Part shown: piece by piece, positions 1 through 9,473 of the stretch
How positions within the stretch are numbered: the first letter of the stretch is position 1
Layout of the letters: each line of letters starts with the position of its first letter
From: Candidatus Hadarchaeota archaeon
GTDB taxonomy: Archaea > Hadarchaeota > Hadarchaeia > Hadarchaeales > JAGGTB01
Assembly (NCBI GenBank): GCA_964384105.1
Contig: CAYLJV010000001.1
Location: 576,001 to 640,000, forward strand
Reading direction: 5' to 3'
DNA: 64,000 bases
Made by a program: the position numbers and the translations under genes
The notes under the pieces: model-generated
What the model saw: only the letters and a program-made list of their open reading frames with translations
Told to the model about the DNA's origin: nothing
The model's database searches: none

Positions 1-388
1 TGAAACTTCCTAATTTCTCTTCCCGGTTTTCAGCTTTTTCATTACTTAAAGCGTTTGCTCGAATACCTAGTAGTTCAGCATCTTTTGTTATTTGTTCGTT
101 TTCTTGATAGAGCGTGTGTAGAGGGTGTCCCTCGGGAATTCCCTTGAGATCGAATTTTTCTTCTACAGATTCTCTGAATAGTTCCAGATGGATATCGCAC
201 ATTTCGGCGATTTCAGAGGGATTAATTCCTTCATTAACTAATTCTTGTTCAATGGCGGGTATCTCTTGGGGGGATAACTCTCTGAGTAGACCCTTGAACT
301 CCTTTTTTAGGGATTCTACATCCTCCTCTTGGAGCCGTTTTAAAAGTTTTTTTAGCTTTTCCTTTTTCTTGTCTTTAGGTTCGGACAT
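1..388 (-). CDS. DUF438 domain protein (usually DUF438-hemerythrin-PAS), 5' part only; runs off the window
   Basis: Not in the ORF track. Own translation from ATG at 388: MSEPKDKKKEKAKKLLKRLQEEDVESLKKEF...EIPAIEQELVNEG...MCDIHLELFRE...PEGHPLHTLYQEN. The IEQEL, CDxH and GHP motifs are typical of DUF438. Confidence 0.85.
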   Translation of the reverse strand, partial: MSEPKDKKKEKLKKLLKRLQEEDVESLKKEFKGLLRELSPQEIPAIEQELVNEGINPSEIAEMCDIHLELFRESVEEKFDLKGIPEGHPLHTLYQENEQITKDAELLGIRANALSNEKAENREEKLGSF

Positions 389-485
389 TTTTTGTACCTT
401 AATAATATCGTCTTTATTTGGATTAAAAGCAACTGGTATATTTGCAGATTCATATTCCAGAGAAATGTTTACTTATTTATTGCTA

Positions 486-734
486 TTACCCACCCATTAC
501 AATGGGAAATATGCTTATGGTGTCGCCATCTTTTAAGGTATAGTCTTTCTTTTTGTCGGTCCCATTCACCATTATTAATTTGGCTTCTTCTTCAGGAATT
601 CCACAATTTTCTAGCAAGGTCGTCACTTTCGAGCCATCTTTGACGTTTAAAGTAGTGTCGTGGCAGTCTTTGTATTTTCGTCGTAAGTTCCCAAATAACC
701 TTATTTTTACTTTGTTACCATCTTCCTTGGTCAT
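486..734 (-). CDS. MoaD/ThiS-family ubiquitin-like sulfur carrier (SAMP-like)
   Basis: Beta-grasp pattern VKIRLFGNLR...VNG...LKDGDTISIFPIVMGG with a C-terminal GG; divergent from an E1-like gene. Confidence 0.9.
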   Translation of the reverse strand: MTKEDGNKVKIRLFGNLRRKYKDCHDTTLNVKDGSKVTTLLENCGIPEEEAKLIMVNGTDKKKDYTLKDGDTISIFPIVMGG

Positions 735-930
735 ATGTATCTACCTCTGACTTGTGTTCTCTCAACGAAAAAGTTTACTTGAGGGGATATAAAAAGATAA
801 CTCCGTTATCGATTAGTCGCTGGCACTTTTGTGTATGAGGCTGATCTTTCCATCTTTAAGAGAATAAACTTCATAGACCGAAAAAAGATAAAATTGGTTT
901 ACTGTTTAATATGGGGAAAGAGGTGGAAAG

Positions 931-1674
931 TTGGAAAGCGGAGAAAAGCTCACAGATAGAGAAAAGGAACGATATGATAGGCAGATGATAATCGAAGGTT
1001 TTGGAGAAGAAGGCCAAAAGAAACTTAAATCTACAACAGCGTTTGTTGCTGGAGCTGGGGGGTTGGGTTCACCCGTTGCTATATATCTCGCTACTGCAGG
1101 GATTGGTAAAATCCGGATAGTTGATAATGATAATGTTGAGCTTAGTAATCTGAATAGACAAATTTTCTACGGAGAGAAAAATATTGGGAGTAGGAAGGCC
1201 GATGTGGCGGGGAGGAAGTTGGCTGAATACAATAGCGATATCGAAATAGATGCCGTGGATACAAGGATAACTAGTGATAACATCTTCGATCTCACTGATG
1301 GGTGTGACCTCATAGTGGATTGTATGGATAATTACGAGACGAGATATATCCTCAATAGAGTTGCTATAGAAAGGAAGGTTCCTCTTTTCCACGCAGCTAT
1401 ACAAGGTATGTACGGCCAAGCTACAACTATTATACCAGGCGAGACTCCGTGTTTAAAATGTATAGTTTCTAATCCACCTCCCTCGAAGAAATTTCCGGTT
1501 CTTGGCGCAACTCCGGGTTTATTTGCGACTATCCAGGTTCATGAGGTCATAAAGTATGTGGTTGGGGTAGGTGATTTGCTAAAGGGCAGGCTTTTGATCG
1601 TTGATGAAGGCACTGAATTCAACGAGGTTAAGATCGATAGGGATCCTGAGTGCGACGCTTGTGGAGGTATATGA
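931..1674 (+). CDS. moeB: ThiF/MoeB/UbaA-family E1-like adenylyltransferase
   Basis: RYDRQ, GAGGLG, DxVELSNLNRQ, PCLKC and C-terminal CDAC zinc motifs. Confidence 0.95.
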   Translation: MESGEKLTDREKERYDRQMIIEGFGEEGQKKLKSTTAFVAGAGGLGSPVAIYLATAGIGKIRIVDNDNVELSNLNRQIFYGEKNIGSRKADVAGRKLAEYNSDIEIDAVDTRITSDNIFDLTDGCDLIVDCMDNYETRYILNRVAIERKVPLFHAAIQGMYGQATTIIPGETPCLKCIVSNPPPSKKFPVLGATPGLFATIQVHEVIKYVVGVGDLLKGRLLIVDEGTEFNEVKIDRDPECDACGGI

Positions 1675-1766
1675 GGTAGTTAAGAAACGTTTTTTGTACA
1701 AAAACTAACGATTTCGAGGTGCGTTATTTATTATGCTAATCCATTTATGGGAAATGGGGTACTACT

Positions 1767-2051
1767 ATGGAAGTCGAAGTTAGATTATTTGCCAATTTTA
1801 GAGAGTCAGTGGGGAAAAAGAGAGTAATGGTTTCTGTTGGTAGTGTGGAAGAGCTTTTTGATTATTTTAATAGCAATTACCCCGATCTGGCGAAAGAGAT
1901 ACTAAAAGATCAGAAGTCGAAGAGGGTGAAAGACTTTGTCAATATACTGGTTAATGGAAGAGATATCAGGGATTTGAAGGGTATAGAAACGAGATTAAAA
2001 GATGGCGATGCAGTTTCTATATTTCCGCCCGTTTCGGGTGGCTTGAACTAA
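1767..2051 (+). CDS. MoaD/SAMP1-like ubiquitin-like protein with a 2-residue extension after GG
   Basis: VRLFANFRE...ILVNGRDI...LKDGDAVSIFPPVSGG-LN; directly downstream of the E1 gene. Confidence 0.9.
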   Translation: MEVEVRLFANFRESVGKKRVMVSVGSVEELFDYFNSNYPDLAKEILKDQKSKRVKDFVNILVNGRDIRDLKGIETRLKDGDAVSIFPPVSGGLN

Positions 2052-2117
2052 CCTACGTCTCGATTTTTGAGAATAAAGAAACTTTTAAACCTTAGAAGAG
2101 AGTTGATAACCGAAAGC

Positions 2118-2948
2118 ATGAAATCAAAAGGTAAAATCCAAATTTCAATTGCACAACTGGATAATTACGGTCCTTGGACTGTCACTCCCGGAACCAAACC
2201 GGAAGCTAGCCTTCAGGTACTGCAAACTAGGTTATTCTCAGATCTGGAGGAGGAATTCTACAAGAGGGATGGTTTGGCTTTCATGACTCGTTTTGATAAT
2301 ACCATAGCCGTTACGAATGGAATCTCTCTCCAGGAGCATGCTAAGATCCAGAAGAAAATTGGCGAAAACTACCCAGTTACAATCAGTTTTGGAATAGGAA
2401 CCGGGGAGAGTCCTTATAAAGCGCAAGAACTGGCCAGTCAGGCTCTTCAAAGAACCGGTAGTAGTCAATCGGCCGAGAGATTTGAAGAGTTGGCTGGTGA
2501 GCCACTCTCTTCTTTAGAGGAAAGCTCTGTTCAAATTGCCCATATAGATATTGATAACGCTACTGAGTTAACGGACAATAGACCGATATATGATACACAT
2601 TATCTGATACAAAAGGTATATATCTCACTTCATGATCAGTTCTCGAAAAAGGGTGCATTGGTGTTCTATACCGGTGGCGATAATTTTATGGCTCCGTGCA
2701 ATCATATGAACAAAGACGAGATTCTCGAGGCTATTCTAGAGGTTGAGGGTGGAAATGGTATAGATCTCAAGGCGGGGGTGGGTGAGGCTCCCAAGGCAGA
2801 AGATGCCGCCTTTTTAGCTAGTGAGGGTCTCCACGATATTAGAGGGGGAAAGGCGTCCGAGAAAGTTGTATTCAAGAGTATTGATGATGATTCAAAAGAA
2901 ATTTTCAAGACTGTCTCCTCTTCGGGGGGTCAGAAGAGCGTAAATTAG
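2118..2948 (+). CDS. gch3: GTP cyclohydrolase III (IIa), archaeal riboflavin/F420 pathway
   Basis: QLDNYGPWTVTP, RFDN, IAHIDI and GGDNFMA motifs. ATG at 2118 is the probable start (ORF track starts at 2067). Confidence 0.92.
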   Translation: MKSKGKIQISIAQLDNYGPWTVTPGTKPEASLQVLQTRLFSDLEEEFYKRDGLAFMTRFDNTIAVTNGISLQEHAKIQKKIGENYPVTISFGIGTGESPYKAQELASQALQRTGSSQSAERFEELAGEPLSSLEESSVQIAHIDIDNATELTDNRPIYDTHYLIQKVYISLHDQFSKKGALVFYTGGDNFMAPCNHMNKDEILEAILEVEGGNGIDLKAGVGEAPKAEDAAFLASEGLHDIRGGKASEKVVFKSIDDDSKEIFKTVSSSGGQKSVN

Positions 2949-2997
2949 TTAAGATTACTTGGCAAACTTTTACTAGTCTACGAGTGGATGAATACAT

Positions 2998-4791
2998 ATG
3001 AAAGAAACATACGTTCCGGATATAAGTACCATAGTAAATGGGCGAGTCACCCAGCTGATAGAAGACGGGGATCTAAAGGGGAGCAGAATACTAATACCAG
3101 TTATTATTTCGGTGGAGCTAGAAACCCGAGCAGAATTAGGGCGAGATTCCGGGTTCAGTGGGTTGGATGAACTCAAGAAACTTAGAAAATTTGAGAACGA
3201 GAAAGTCATCGAAGTTTCTTTTGTGGGGGAGAGACCCTCGGAGGTTATTCCGAGCGAGATTAGATCTGAGACTAGGAAAGTAACTAAGGATAATGAAGCT
3301 ACTCTGATAACTAGCGACGAAGTAATGGCCGAAGCGGCAGAAATTGAAGGTTTGAAGGTTAGGTATCTGAAGCCGTTACACGAAGATTTGACTCCGGAAC
3401 TTTTCAAGTTTTTTGAGCCGGAAGCCATGTCTGTTCACCTTAAGACGGGAGTTAGGCCTTTGGCCAAGGTGGGTCGTCCGGGAAATTTTAAGATCAAAGT
3501 ATTAGATGAGAACCCTCTTAGCGAGGCCAGGATGAGGGATATAACCAGAGAGATTACCGAGCTTGCTAGAAGGGACCCTGATGGGTATATAGAGATCGAG
3601 AAGAAGGGAGCTAGCATAATTCAGCTTAGAGAGTATAGGATAGCGGTTTCGAGACCTCCCTTTAGCGATGCGATGGAAGTGACTGCCGTTAGGCCCATTG
3701 TGGATGTCAGCTTGGATGATTACTCTCTCCCCGATAAGCTCAAGGAGCGGTTAAACGAGCAAGCTGAAGGGGTTTTGGTAGCCGGACCGCCGGGAGCGGG
3801 TAAGTCTACTTTTGCCCAAGCTTTGGCAGAATTTTATAGGGGGCAGGATAAAGTTGTCAAAACCATGGAATCTCCTCGGGACTTGCAGGTTAGCGAAGAA
3901 GTTACCCAGTATACTGCCTTGGAGGGAGACATGGGTCTTACTTCAGACTTCCTTTTGATGGTTCGCCCTGACTATACCATTTATGACGAATTGAGAAAGT
4001 CTGACGATTTCGAAATCTTTGTGGACATGCGCTTTGCCGGTGTGGGGATGGTGGGAGTGGTTCACTCTACTAAGGCGATAGATGCCATCCAGAGGTTGAT
4101 TGGCAGGGTAGAATTGGGTATGATTCCTATGGTAGTTGACACGGTCATTTTTGTCAAGGGTGGTAGAGTCGAAGACGTCTTCGCTCTGAAACCCACAGTT
4201 GGAGTTCCACATGGGATGGGGTCTCCCGATTTGGCCAGACCGATGGTCGAGGTTCAAGATTTCGAAACCGGGAAACCGAACTATCAGATTTATTCCTTCG
4301 GTGAACAGGTGGTCGTTATGCCGGTCAAGAAGAGGGAGTTGTCTCCGGAAGAAAAGGAGAAAGCTCAAACCGTTAAGGAAGTTGTGAAAAGTCGAACCGG
4401 GGCGAATGTAGATGTTGAAATGCTGTCCGGAAGAAGCGTAATAGTCAAGGCTGATCCTAAGGATGTACCGAGGATTATAGGCAAGAAGGGTAGAACGGTG
4501 GACGAGCTTCAAGATATTTTGGGAGTTAGAATTGATGTCCAGGAGAAAGAGTGGGAACCTCCTTCGGGATTTTTGGAGCCGGAAGTAGAGGATTTGGGTA
4601 ATCAGGTACTTGTTCGATTTGATGATAAATATTCTGGAGAGGATGTAAAGCTCTATGCGGGTGACAGCTTGCTTTTTAAGGGGTCGATAGGCAGTGGTGG
4701 GGAGATAAAGATAAGGAAAGATACCCAGATCGGCGAACAGGTCGAGAAAATCAGAAAACATGGGATCCCCATAAAAGCAGAGATAGTTTGA
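2998..4791 (+). CDS. PIN-domain / VirB11-like ATPase / KH-domain protein (PINA, MJ1533-like)
   Basis: N-terminal PIN (VPDIS), Walker A GPPGAGKST, ESPRDL, RPDYTIYDE, and KH motif IIGKKG. Confidence 0.92.
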   Translation: MKETYVPDISTIVNGRVTQLIEDGDLKGSRILIPVIISVELETRAELGRDSGFSGLDELKKLRKFENEKVIEVSFVGERPSEVIPSEIRSETRKVTKDNEATLITSDEVMAEAAEIEGLKVRYLKPLHEDLTPELFKFFEPEAMSVHLKTGVRPLAKVGRPGNFKIKVLDENPLSEARMRDITREITELARRDPDGYIEIEKKGASIIQLREYRIAVSRPPFSDAMEVTAVRPIVDVSLDDYSLPDKLKERLNEQAEGVLVAGPPGAGKSTFAQALAEFYRGQDKVVKTMESPRDLQVSEEVTQYTALEGDMGLTSDFLLMVRPDYTIYDELRKSDDFEIFVDMRFAGVGMVGVVHSTKAIDAIQRLIGRVELGMIPMVVDTVIFVKGGRVEDVFALKPTVGVPHGMGSPDLARPMVEVQDFETGKPNYQIYSFGEQVVVMPVKKRELSPEEKEKAQTVKEVVKSRTGANVDVEMLSGRSVIVKADPKDVPRIIGKKGRTVDELQDILGVRIDVQEKEWEPPSGFLEPEVEDLGNQVLVRFDDKYSGEDVKLYAGDSLLFKGSIGSGGEIKIRKDTQIGEQVEKIRKHGIPIKAEIV

Positions 4792-4854
4792 ATCAGATTT
4801 CGGGACCCTCCCTTTAATTTTTTAAGAAGGAGAAATAGGAGTAAGAATGGTATT

Positions 4855-5043
4855 ATGGAGATGGACAAGAAAGAGAGAAAAAAGTATTTTGAGGAACTAG
4901 GTATAGAACCCAAAAGAGTCGAGGAGCACGAAAATGAAAAGAAGGATGTTGATATCATAGAGGAGTCGGATGAAGAGAAAGCCAAGAAGGAAGAACGACG
5001 GGAAGAAGAACTCGAACAATATCGAGAAACCTCAGGATTCTAG
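4855..5043 (+). CDS. small acidic hypothetical protein
   Basis: 62-aa Glu/Lys-rich ORF with a GGAG-type SD; same strand as its neighbour. Confidence 0.55.
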   Translation: MEMDKKERKKYFEELGIEPKRVEEHENEKKDVDIIEESDEEKAKKEERREEELEQYRETSGF

Positions 5044-5188
5044 AAGGGTTAAGTATTTGGAAATAATTGTTCCTTGCTTTTTTTAGGTTAGCTGATGGTA
5101 AAAACGCAAGACAGTGTTTACTTTGGAACGGCCGACCTTCTTATCTATGAACAACTCATAAATTTGTTATTGTATATTCTCTACAGGA

Positions 5189-5276
5189 GGGCCCGTAGCT
5201 CAGCTGGATAGAGCGACAGCCTCCTAACTTTCCGGGGGTAAGCTGTAGGTCGCGGGTTCAAATCCCGCCGGGCCCG
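5189..5276 (+). tRNA. tRNA-Arg(CCT) with a 14-nt intron at 37/38 (5227-5240)
   Basis: Acceptor GGGCCCG/CGGGCCC, D arm GCTC..GAGC, anticodon stem ACAGC/GCTGT with CT-CCT-A, T loop GGTTCAAATCC. The intron forms a bulge-helix-bulge. Confidence 0.95.
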
Positions 5277-5394
5277 CTTTATTAGACATTTTCTTGTTGT
5301 TGTTGAGACTCTTCGGAATCTTTCTAGTATTGTTGTAAAATGGATGGCTTAGTTGGTTTTCTTGTTTTCTGATGATTAAGAAGATTGTTCAATC

Positions 5395-5643
5395 TCACGG
5401 TTTCATGGTAGCTGCTATTGCCACCATTGCCGCAGCTACTGCCACGAAAAGCAGAGCTACTGCTTCCTGAACCTGGATTTCTTCTTGTTCGTCGGTTCGC
5501 CTTCTTCCACCAGCTACAGTGTTTATTTCGTTATATCCTTTATCATCGTTTACGGAAGTTGCGTATACGTTAACGGCTGATAGGGCGATTGAAGAGACTA
5601 TGAAAATAACAAATAGAACTGCAGCAATTTTATTTATTCTCAT
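5395..5643 (-). CDS. small secreted/membrane protein (signal peptide, GGRRR, hydrophobic C-terminus)
   Basis: SD GGGGTGA upstream; N-terminal signal-like segment and C-terminal Ala/Val-rich helix. Confidence 0.65.
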   Translation of the reverse strand: MRINKIAAVLFVIFIVSSIALSAVNVYATSVNDDKGYNEINTVAGGRRRTDEQEEIQVQEAVALLFVAVAAAMVAIAATMKP

Positions 5644-5748
5644 ACTTCACCCCCATAATTACAGTGGAACTGATAATGATTAAGTATTCTGCTTGAGAGC
5701 TTTTTTTGGTCTGTTGTGAATTATCTTAGGTTCTTTTTCCGTGAGAAT

Positions 5749-5955
5749 CTAAAAGAAATCGAAGTTTTCTTTCAGCCATTCTTCCCACAGTTTTTCGTGA
5801 TAAACGTACATGAGCAGTTTTATTACCATTAGAGTGCCGCCTATGGCTCCTGCTATTTCCCATTTACCGGTGAATAGATATGATACTAAGACGGTTGCAA
5901 TCGAGGCGTGAACTCTCCAGCTGATGCTTTTCAGGATTTTTTTCTTGAGGGTCAT
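5749..5955 (-). CDS. DUF2061-family small membrane protein
   Basis: KSISWR...TG...A...K...YxxHEKLW pattern. Confidence 0.8.
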   Translation of the reverse strand: MTLKKKILKSISWRVHASIATVLVSYLFTGKWEIAGAIGGTLMVIKLLMYVYHEKLWEEWLKENFDFF

Positions 5956-6062
5956 TAATATCGGATCGATATGTCTGCTTCGATCTCAGAATTTTAATTA
6001 TTTATAATTACTTTTAATTATAATGGTAAAATTATTAGAAAAGAAACAGTTTCAGTTAGAGA

Positions 6063-6290
6063 ATGTACGTCGCTAGATGCCCGTTTTGCGATTACAAGGT
6101 GAAATCTGTTTGAATTTATGTAGCTGGGTAAGTGATCGGACACATCATTCGAATCGAAGGTGAAAGACACGGAACAGAGGGGTGTGTTCCTGATAAAGGT
6201 TACAAATCTTGGTCGATAATACAGAAAAGGGTTGGCTCTCGTCAAAAAATGAACTTTATTTGCCGATTGGAAGAATATTTGCGGAATTAA
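6063..6290 (+). pseudogene. degenerate C2H2 zinc-finger gene with two in-frame stops
   Basis: MYVARCPFCDYKVKSV*IYVAG*VIGHIIRIEGERHG...; CxxC and HxxxxxxxxH ligands lie in one frame, interrupted by TGA 6111 and TAA 6129. Confidence 0.4.
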
Positions 6291-6297
6291 AAATTCG

Positions 6298-7038
6298 TTA
6301 ACCTTGCATCATTTTCCAGCGGAATTTTGCCATTTTCTCTATCAGTTCTTTCCGTTCATTCGACTGGGCTATTATCCTCGTTTTATCACTCGCTAAGCTT
6401 ATGGTTCTCTCGCACCTCGGGCATTCCTTGGTTTTTTGGCCTCTACTAACTATCATTAACCCCCAACAGGGATATTGGGTTTTGCTTTTTCTTCGGTTGC
6501 ATCGAACCAGTGCATATGCGTGTCTCAGTTGTATGCCTTTATTTTCCTGGCTCGAATGGTTTTTCGATCTTCCTAACTTTTCGCTACCTTCAATTTTTTC
6601 TTTGAATACTCCCTGTGGATGGGAAGTAGTCTCCCTTTCATCCAAAATCGAGGCTAACCAACCGCTTGGTCCTTCCTTGTATCTTATTTTCTCCTCGAAG
6701 CGAGGTGGTTCTGGAGGATCGAGTTTTCGATTTTCTGCTTCTTTAAGCCCCTCGTCTTTTCTTCTCTCTTCCATTATTAGCTCATAGAAGCTGTTTTCGG
6801 CTGATCTAGCGGTTATCTTGTGCATATGGCCAAGAATAACAGAGAGTTCCGTTTTAAAGTCGGAGTTAGGAGAATTTTTCAAGTGTGTGATGTGGTTCTT
6901 TATTTTTTCAAAGCACTCATTTACAGAGAGGCTTTCGTTAAAAATCCAGTATAATAGCTCGTATCTGTCGTTTCTGGGGCCCTCTGATGTCCGGAAGTTT
7001 TCTAGAACCTCTTTAAATCCTTTTTCTTCCATCTTCAC
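6298..7038 (-). CDS. hypothetical protein with a C-terminal zinc ribbon (DUF1922-like)
   Basis: 246-aa ORF; YALVRC...C...TKECPRCERTI near the C-terminus. Confidence 0.65.
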   Translation of the reverse strand: MKMEEKGFKEVLENFRTSEGPRNDRYELLYWIFNESLSVNECFEKIKNHITHLKNSPNSDFKTELSVILGHMHKITARSAENSFYELIMEERRKDEGLKEAENRKLDPPEPPRFEEKIRYKEGPSGWLASILDERETTSHPQGVFKEKIEGSEKLGRSKNHSSQENKGIQLRHAYALVRCNRRKSKTQYPCWGLMIVSRGQKTKECPRCERTISLASDKTRIIAQSNERKELIEKMAKFRWKMMQG

Positions 7039-7084
7039 GCTCTTACACCATTGAGCCTCTATCTATAGGCAGAGTAATAACTTT

Positions 7085-7516
7085 TTGAGAAGGTTGTGTG
7101 GATTTTATAGTGTTGATGAGACAATATTAGCCAAGCTGCGGGGGGTGAAAAATATTAAGAAAGAATTGGATTTTAAGACAATTTCCACTATCTATCGTGG
7201 GTTAGACTATTACAAGCGCCAGTTGGAGGCGTTGAGGAAAAAAGCCAAACAAAATTTCCCTGAATTTATTCTCTCAGACATTAACGAAGAAATAGAAGAG
7301 ACGGGGGAGGCTATGGACTTTTTGGAAAAATATAGTGAAGGCAAAATCAATTCCAGATTTCGTGAAATCATGGATTACGCTTTGCGTATGTATTCCCGAG
7401 GATTAGAAGAATTGAAGGAAGAAATCGAGAAAACGTTTAAAGAATCTTCAATTGAATTAACTGCGATAAATAAAGATTTGAAAAACATCGATAATTGCTT
7501 AGAAATATTAGAATGA
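7085..7516 (+). CDS. hypothetical alpha-helical protein (internal repeat GLxxY/ALxxY)
   Basis: Long ORF with native codon and charge pattern. The true start is probably near 7145-7154, after SD GGGGTGA. Confidence 0.65.
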   Translation: MRRLCGFYSVDETILAKLRGVKNIKKELDFKTISTIYRGLDYYKRQLEALRKKAKQNFPEFILSDINEEIEETGEAMDFLEKYSEGKINSRFREIMDYALRMYSRGLEELKEEIEKTFKESSIELTAINKDLKNIDNCLEILE

Positions 7517-7665
7517 TTTTTTCAAGTCTACGAAACTGAAAAGACGTTAGGGTAATGTTTTGTGGATTATTTTCCACTTATCGAGAAATACACCTTATTT
7601 TGAAGCAAAGCTCTTAATTCTATGGTGTCTAATCGGTCTTGAGAGCTTGGAGGGTGAATAAACTT

Positions 7666-7800
7666 ATGTCTTTGGAGAAGAGACGTGTCGCGGTTTATTT
7701 TTCTGTTGGCCTGCACAAGCCAGCGAAAAAGCATGAAGTCGATTTATCGGGCTCTGGAACAAGCTTTAATTCATAAAATAGAAAATAATAGTGCTCTAAT
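7666..7800 (+). pseudogene. possible frameshifted CcdA/VapB-like ribbon-helix-helix antitoxin remnant
   Basis: SD GGAGGGTGA, then MSLEKRRVAVYFSVGLHKPAKKHEVDLS, continuing in the +1 frame as RALEQALIHKIE. Confidence 0.3.
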
Positions 7801-7827
7801 AGGATTCGGGAATAATCCTCGTAGTGA

Positions 7828-7902
7828 GCCCCGATGGTGTAGTCTGGCCAAGCATTCAAGCCTCTCGAGCTTGGGACCCGGGTTCAAATCCCGGTCGGGG
7901 CA
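7828..7902 (+). tRNA. tRNA-Glu(CTC)
   Basis: Acceptor GCCCCGA/TCGGGGC, anticodon stem CAAGC/GCTTG with CT-CTC-GA, T arm CCGGG-TTCAAAT-CCCGG. Confidence 0.96.
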
Positions 7903-8147
7903 TACTTTCTCAACAGTGGAATTAATCAACTGTTAGACTATTGTCCCTACTTTACACAAAAAAGTATTCAGTTGCGGTTATCTTACTTTATTCGCAGAAA
8001 AACTTGATAGAGGATCAAAGGAACTTTTTTCACTGTTTGACCGGATTTAGGAAAAAAATTCTACTTGTATGGATAACGTAAGTCCGTTAAAAGAGTATAG
8101 AAAAACAGAATGATCTGTTATTGTGGAACTAAGTTATTATTTATCTC

Positions 8148-8558
8148 TTATCTGAAATCTTCAGGCACTTTTATCGACCAAACTAATAGCACACCAGTGA
8201 TGATCAAAAGTACACTGAACATTCCCACAAAAGCAAATTCGTCCTGTTCAGCAAAGTATCCCGGGCTCTGAATGAGTGTGTAGATAAGCATCCCCATCGA
8301 TACCTGGAAGAGATTTAGAGCGTATTTCCATTTTCTTATTAGTGTGATACCTCCGAAGATTAGGAGTCCGGCGGTAGTGAGTTCAGCTATAAGATGTGAA
8401 CCGGCCCGAAGAGGTTCAGTTTCCAGCTCCGGGATATTACCAGTGATCCAGAACATAGCCCACATTCCGAAAATAGATAAGCCTATGACTATTGAATATC
8501 CCGATACAACTTTTTTCAGGTTTATATATTTCGTCATGATGTTTTTTAGGCCCTCCAT
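8148..8558 (-). CDS. hypothetical integral membrane protein (about 4 TM)
   Basis: Hydrophobic helices with HLIAE and SPGYFA motifs. Confidence 0.75.
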   Translation of the reverse strand: MEGLKNIMTKYINLKKVVSGYSIVIGLSIFGMWAMFWITGNIPELETEPLRAGSHLIAELTTAGLLIFGGITLIRKWKYALNLFQVSMGMLIYTLIQSPGYFAEQDEFAFVGMFSVLLIITGVLLVWSIKVPEDFR

Positions 8559-8768
8559 TTCTCAAATTTTTATTTTTCGCTTTATTAATCGCCATTTGTC
8601 TACGAGGTTCATGGGGTAAAAGAAATTTTCATTTTTTTTAGACTATTTCTGTTCCAGTTTTTGTGAAATATACTTTTCTCAAGTTAAGCCTTATTCGAGG
8701 AAAATCGGGTCGAATAAAATTTACTAAAAATTCAGTAAATTTAAAGTTTCTACTCTGAGAGAGTATTA

Positions 8769-9473
8769 ATGACAATGGACTGGGATAAAATCGAGCCTCA
8801 AGACACGGCAGTTATAATGCATATGTATCGTGCAGAGGTTCAAAGGATCAACACCTGGAGAGGACGGATGGATCGGACGACGAACTGGGCGATAGTGATT
8901 ACGATCGGTGTTATAACTTTTGCATTATCCAGTTCTAATGCCCCACATTGGACGATGCTTCCGGGTTTGTTTTTGGCTTATGTACTACTTTTCGCGGAGG
9001 CCAGGAGATACAGGTTTTATGATTCATGGAGAGGGAGAGTAAGAGCTTTGGAAGAACTGTTCTTAGCGAAATTTTTTGATAGGGATTTGGAAATAGACGA
9101 CAAGTGGGAGAAAGCTTTATCGTGTGATCTGAGGGAACCCACGTACAAGATAGAGTGGGAAGAAGCAGTAAAGAGAAGATTGAAGAGAATATATATCTGG
9201 ATAATTCTCGTGTTCACAATTTCTTGGATAGGGAAGATTTTCATGCATCCGGAGAGGATTACATCTATGGATGTTTTCTTCGGTAGAATATCCGGTCCGT
9301 TAGGGAAAACAGCGGGCATTCTCATCTTTGGAGTGATAATAGGGATAATCGTTCTGTCAATATCGTACTTCTTCATAGCCTCACCAAAAAGAGAGGCTAA
9401 GGGGAAACCTAAGGAGAAGGAAATAGACGAGAAATTCGTTTCTGAAGAATACCTAAGGAAATTCGAAGAATAA
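8769..9473 (+). CDS. DUF2270-family membrane protein
   Basis: HMYRAEVQRINTWRGRMDRTTNWA and EARRYRFYDSWRGRVR signatures. Confidence 0.9.
   Translation: MTMDWDKIEPQDTAVIMHMYRAEVQRINTWRGRMDRTTNWAIVITIGVITFALSSSNAPHWTMLPGLFLAYVLLFAEARRYRFYDSWRGRVRALEELFLAKFFDRDLEIDDKWEKALSCDLREPTYKIEWEEAVKRRLKRIYIWIILVFTISWIGKIFMHPERITSMDVFFGRISGPLGKTAGILIFGVIIGIIVLSISYFFIASPKREAKGKPKEKEIDEKFVSEEYLRKFEE

Noticed and set aside
3943-4761. 272-aa antisense ORF, and similar long shadow ORFs (25944-26585, 26619-27299, 18780-19355, 51466-52044)
   Set aside because: They lie entirely opposite well-supported genes, have atypical Ser/Phe-rich composition, and show no motifs.
6111-6113. In-frame TGA as selenocysteine or recoding
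   Set aside because: A TAA follows six codons later in the same frame and the TGA is not at a ligand position; decay is the simpler explanation.
7685-7936. ORF running through tRNA-Glu as an SSV-type integrase N-terminal fragment
   Set aside because: It lies 5' of the tRNA in the same orientation, has no integrase motifs, and no att duplication or int(C) fragment was found.
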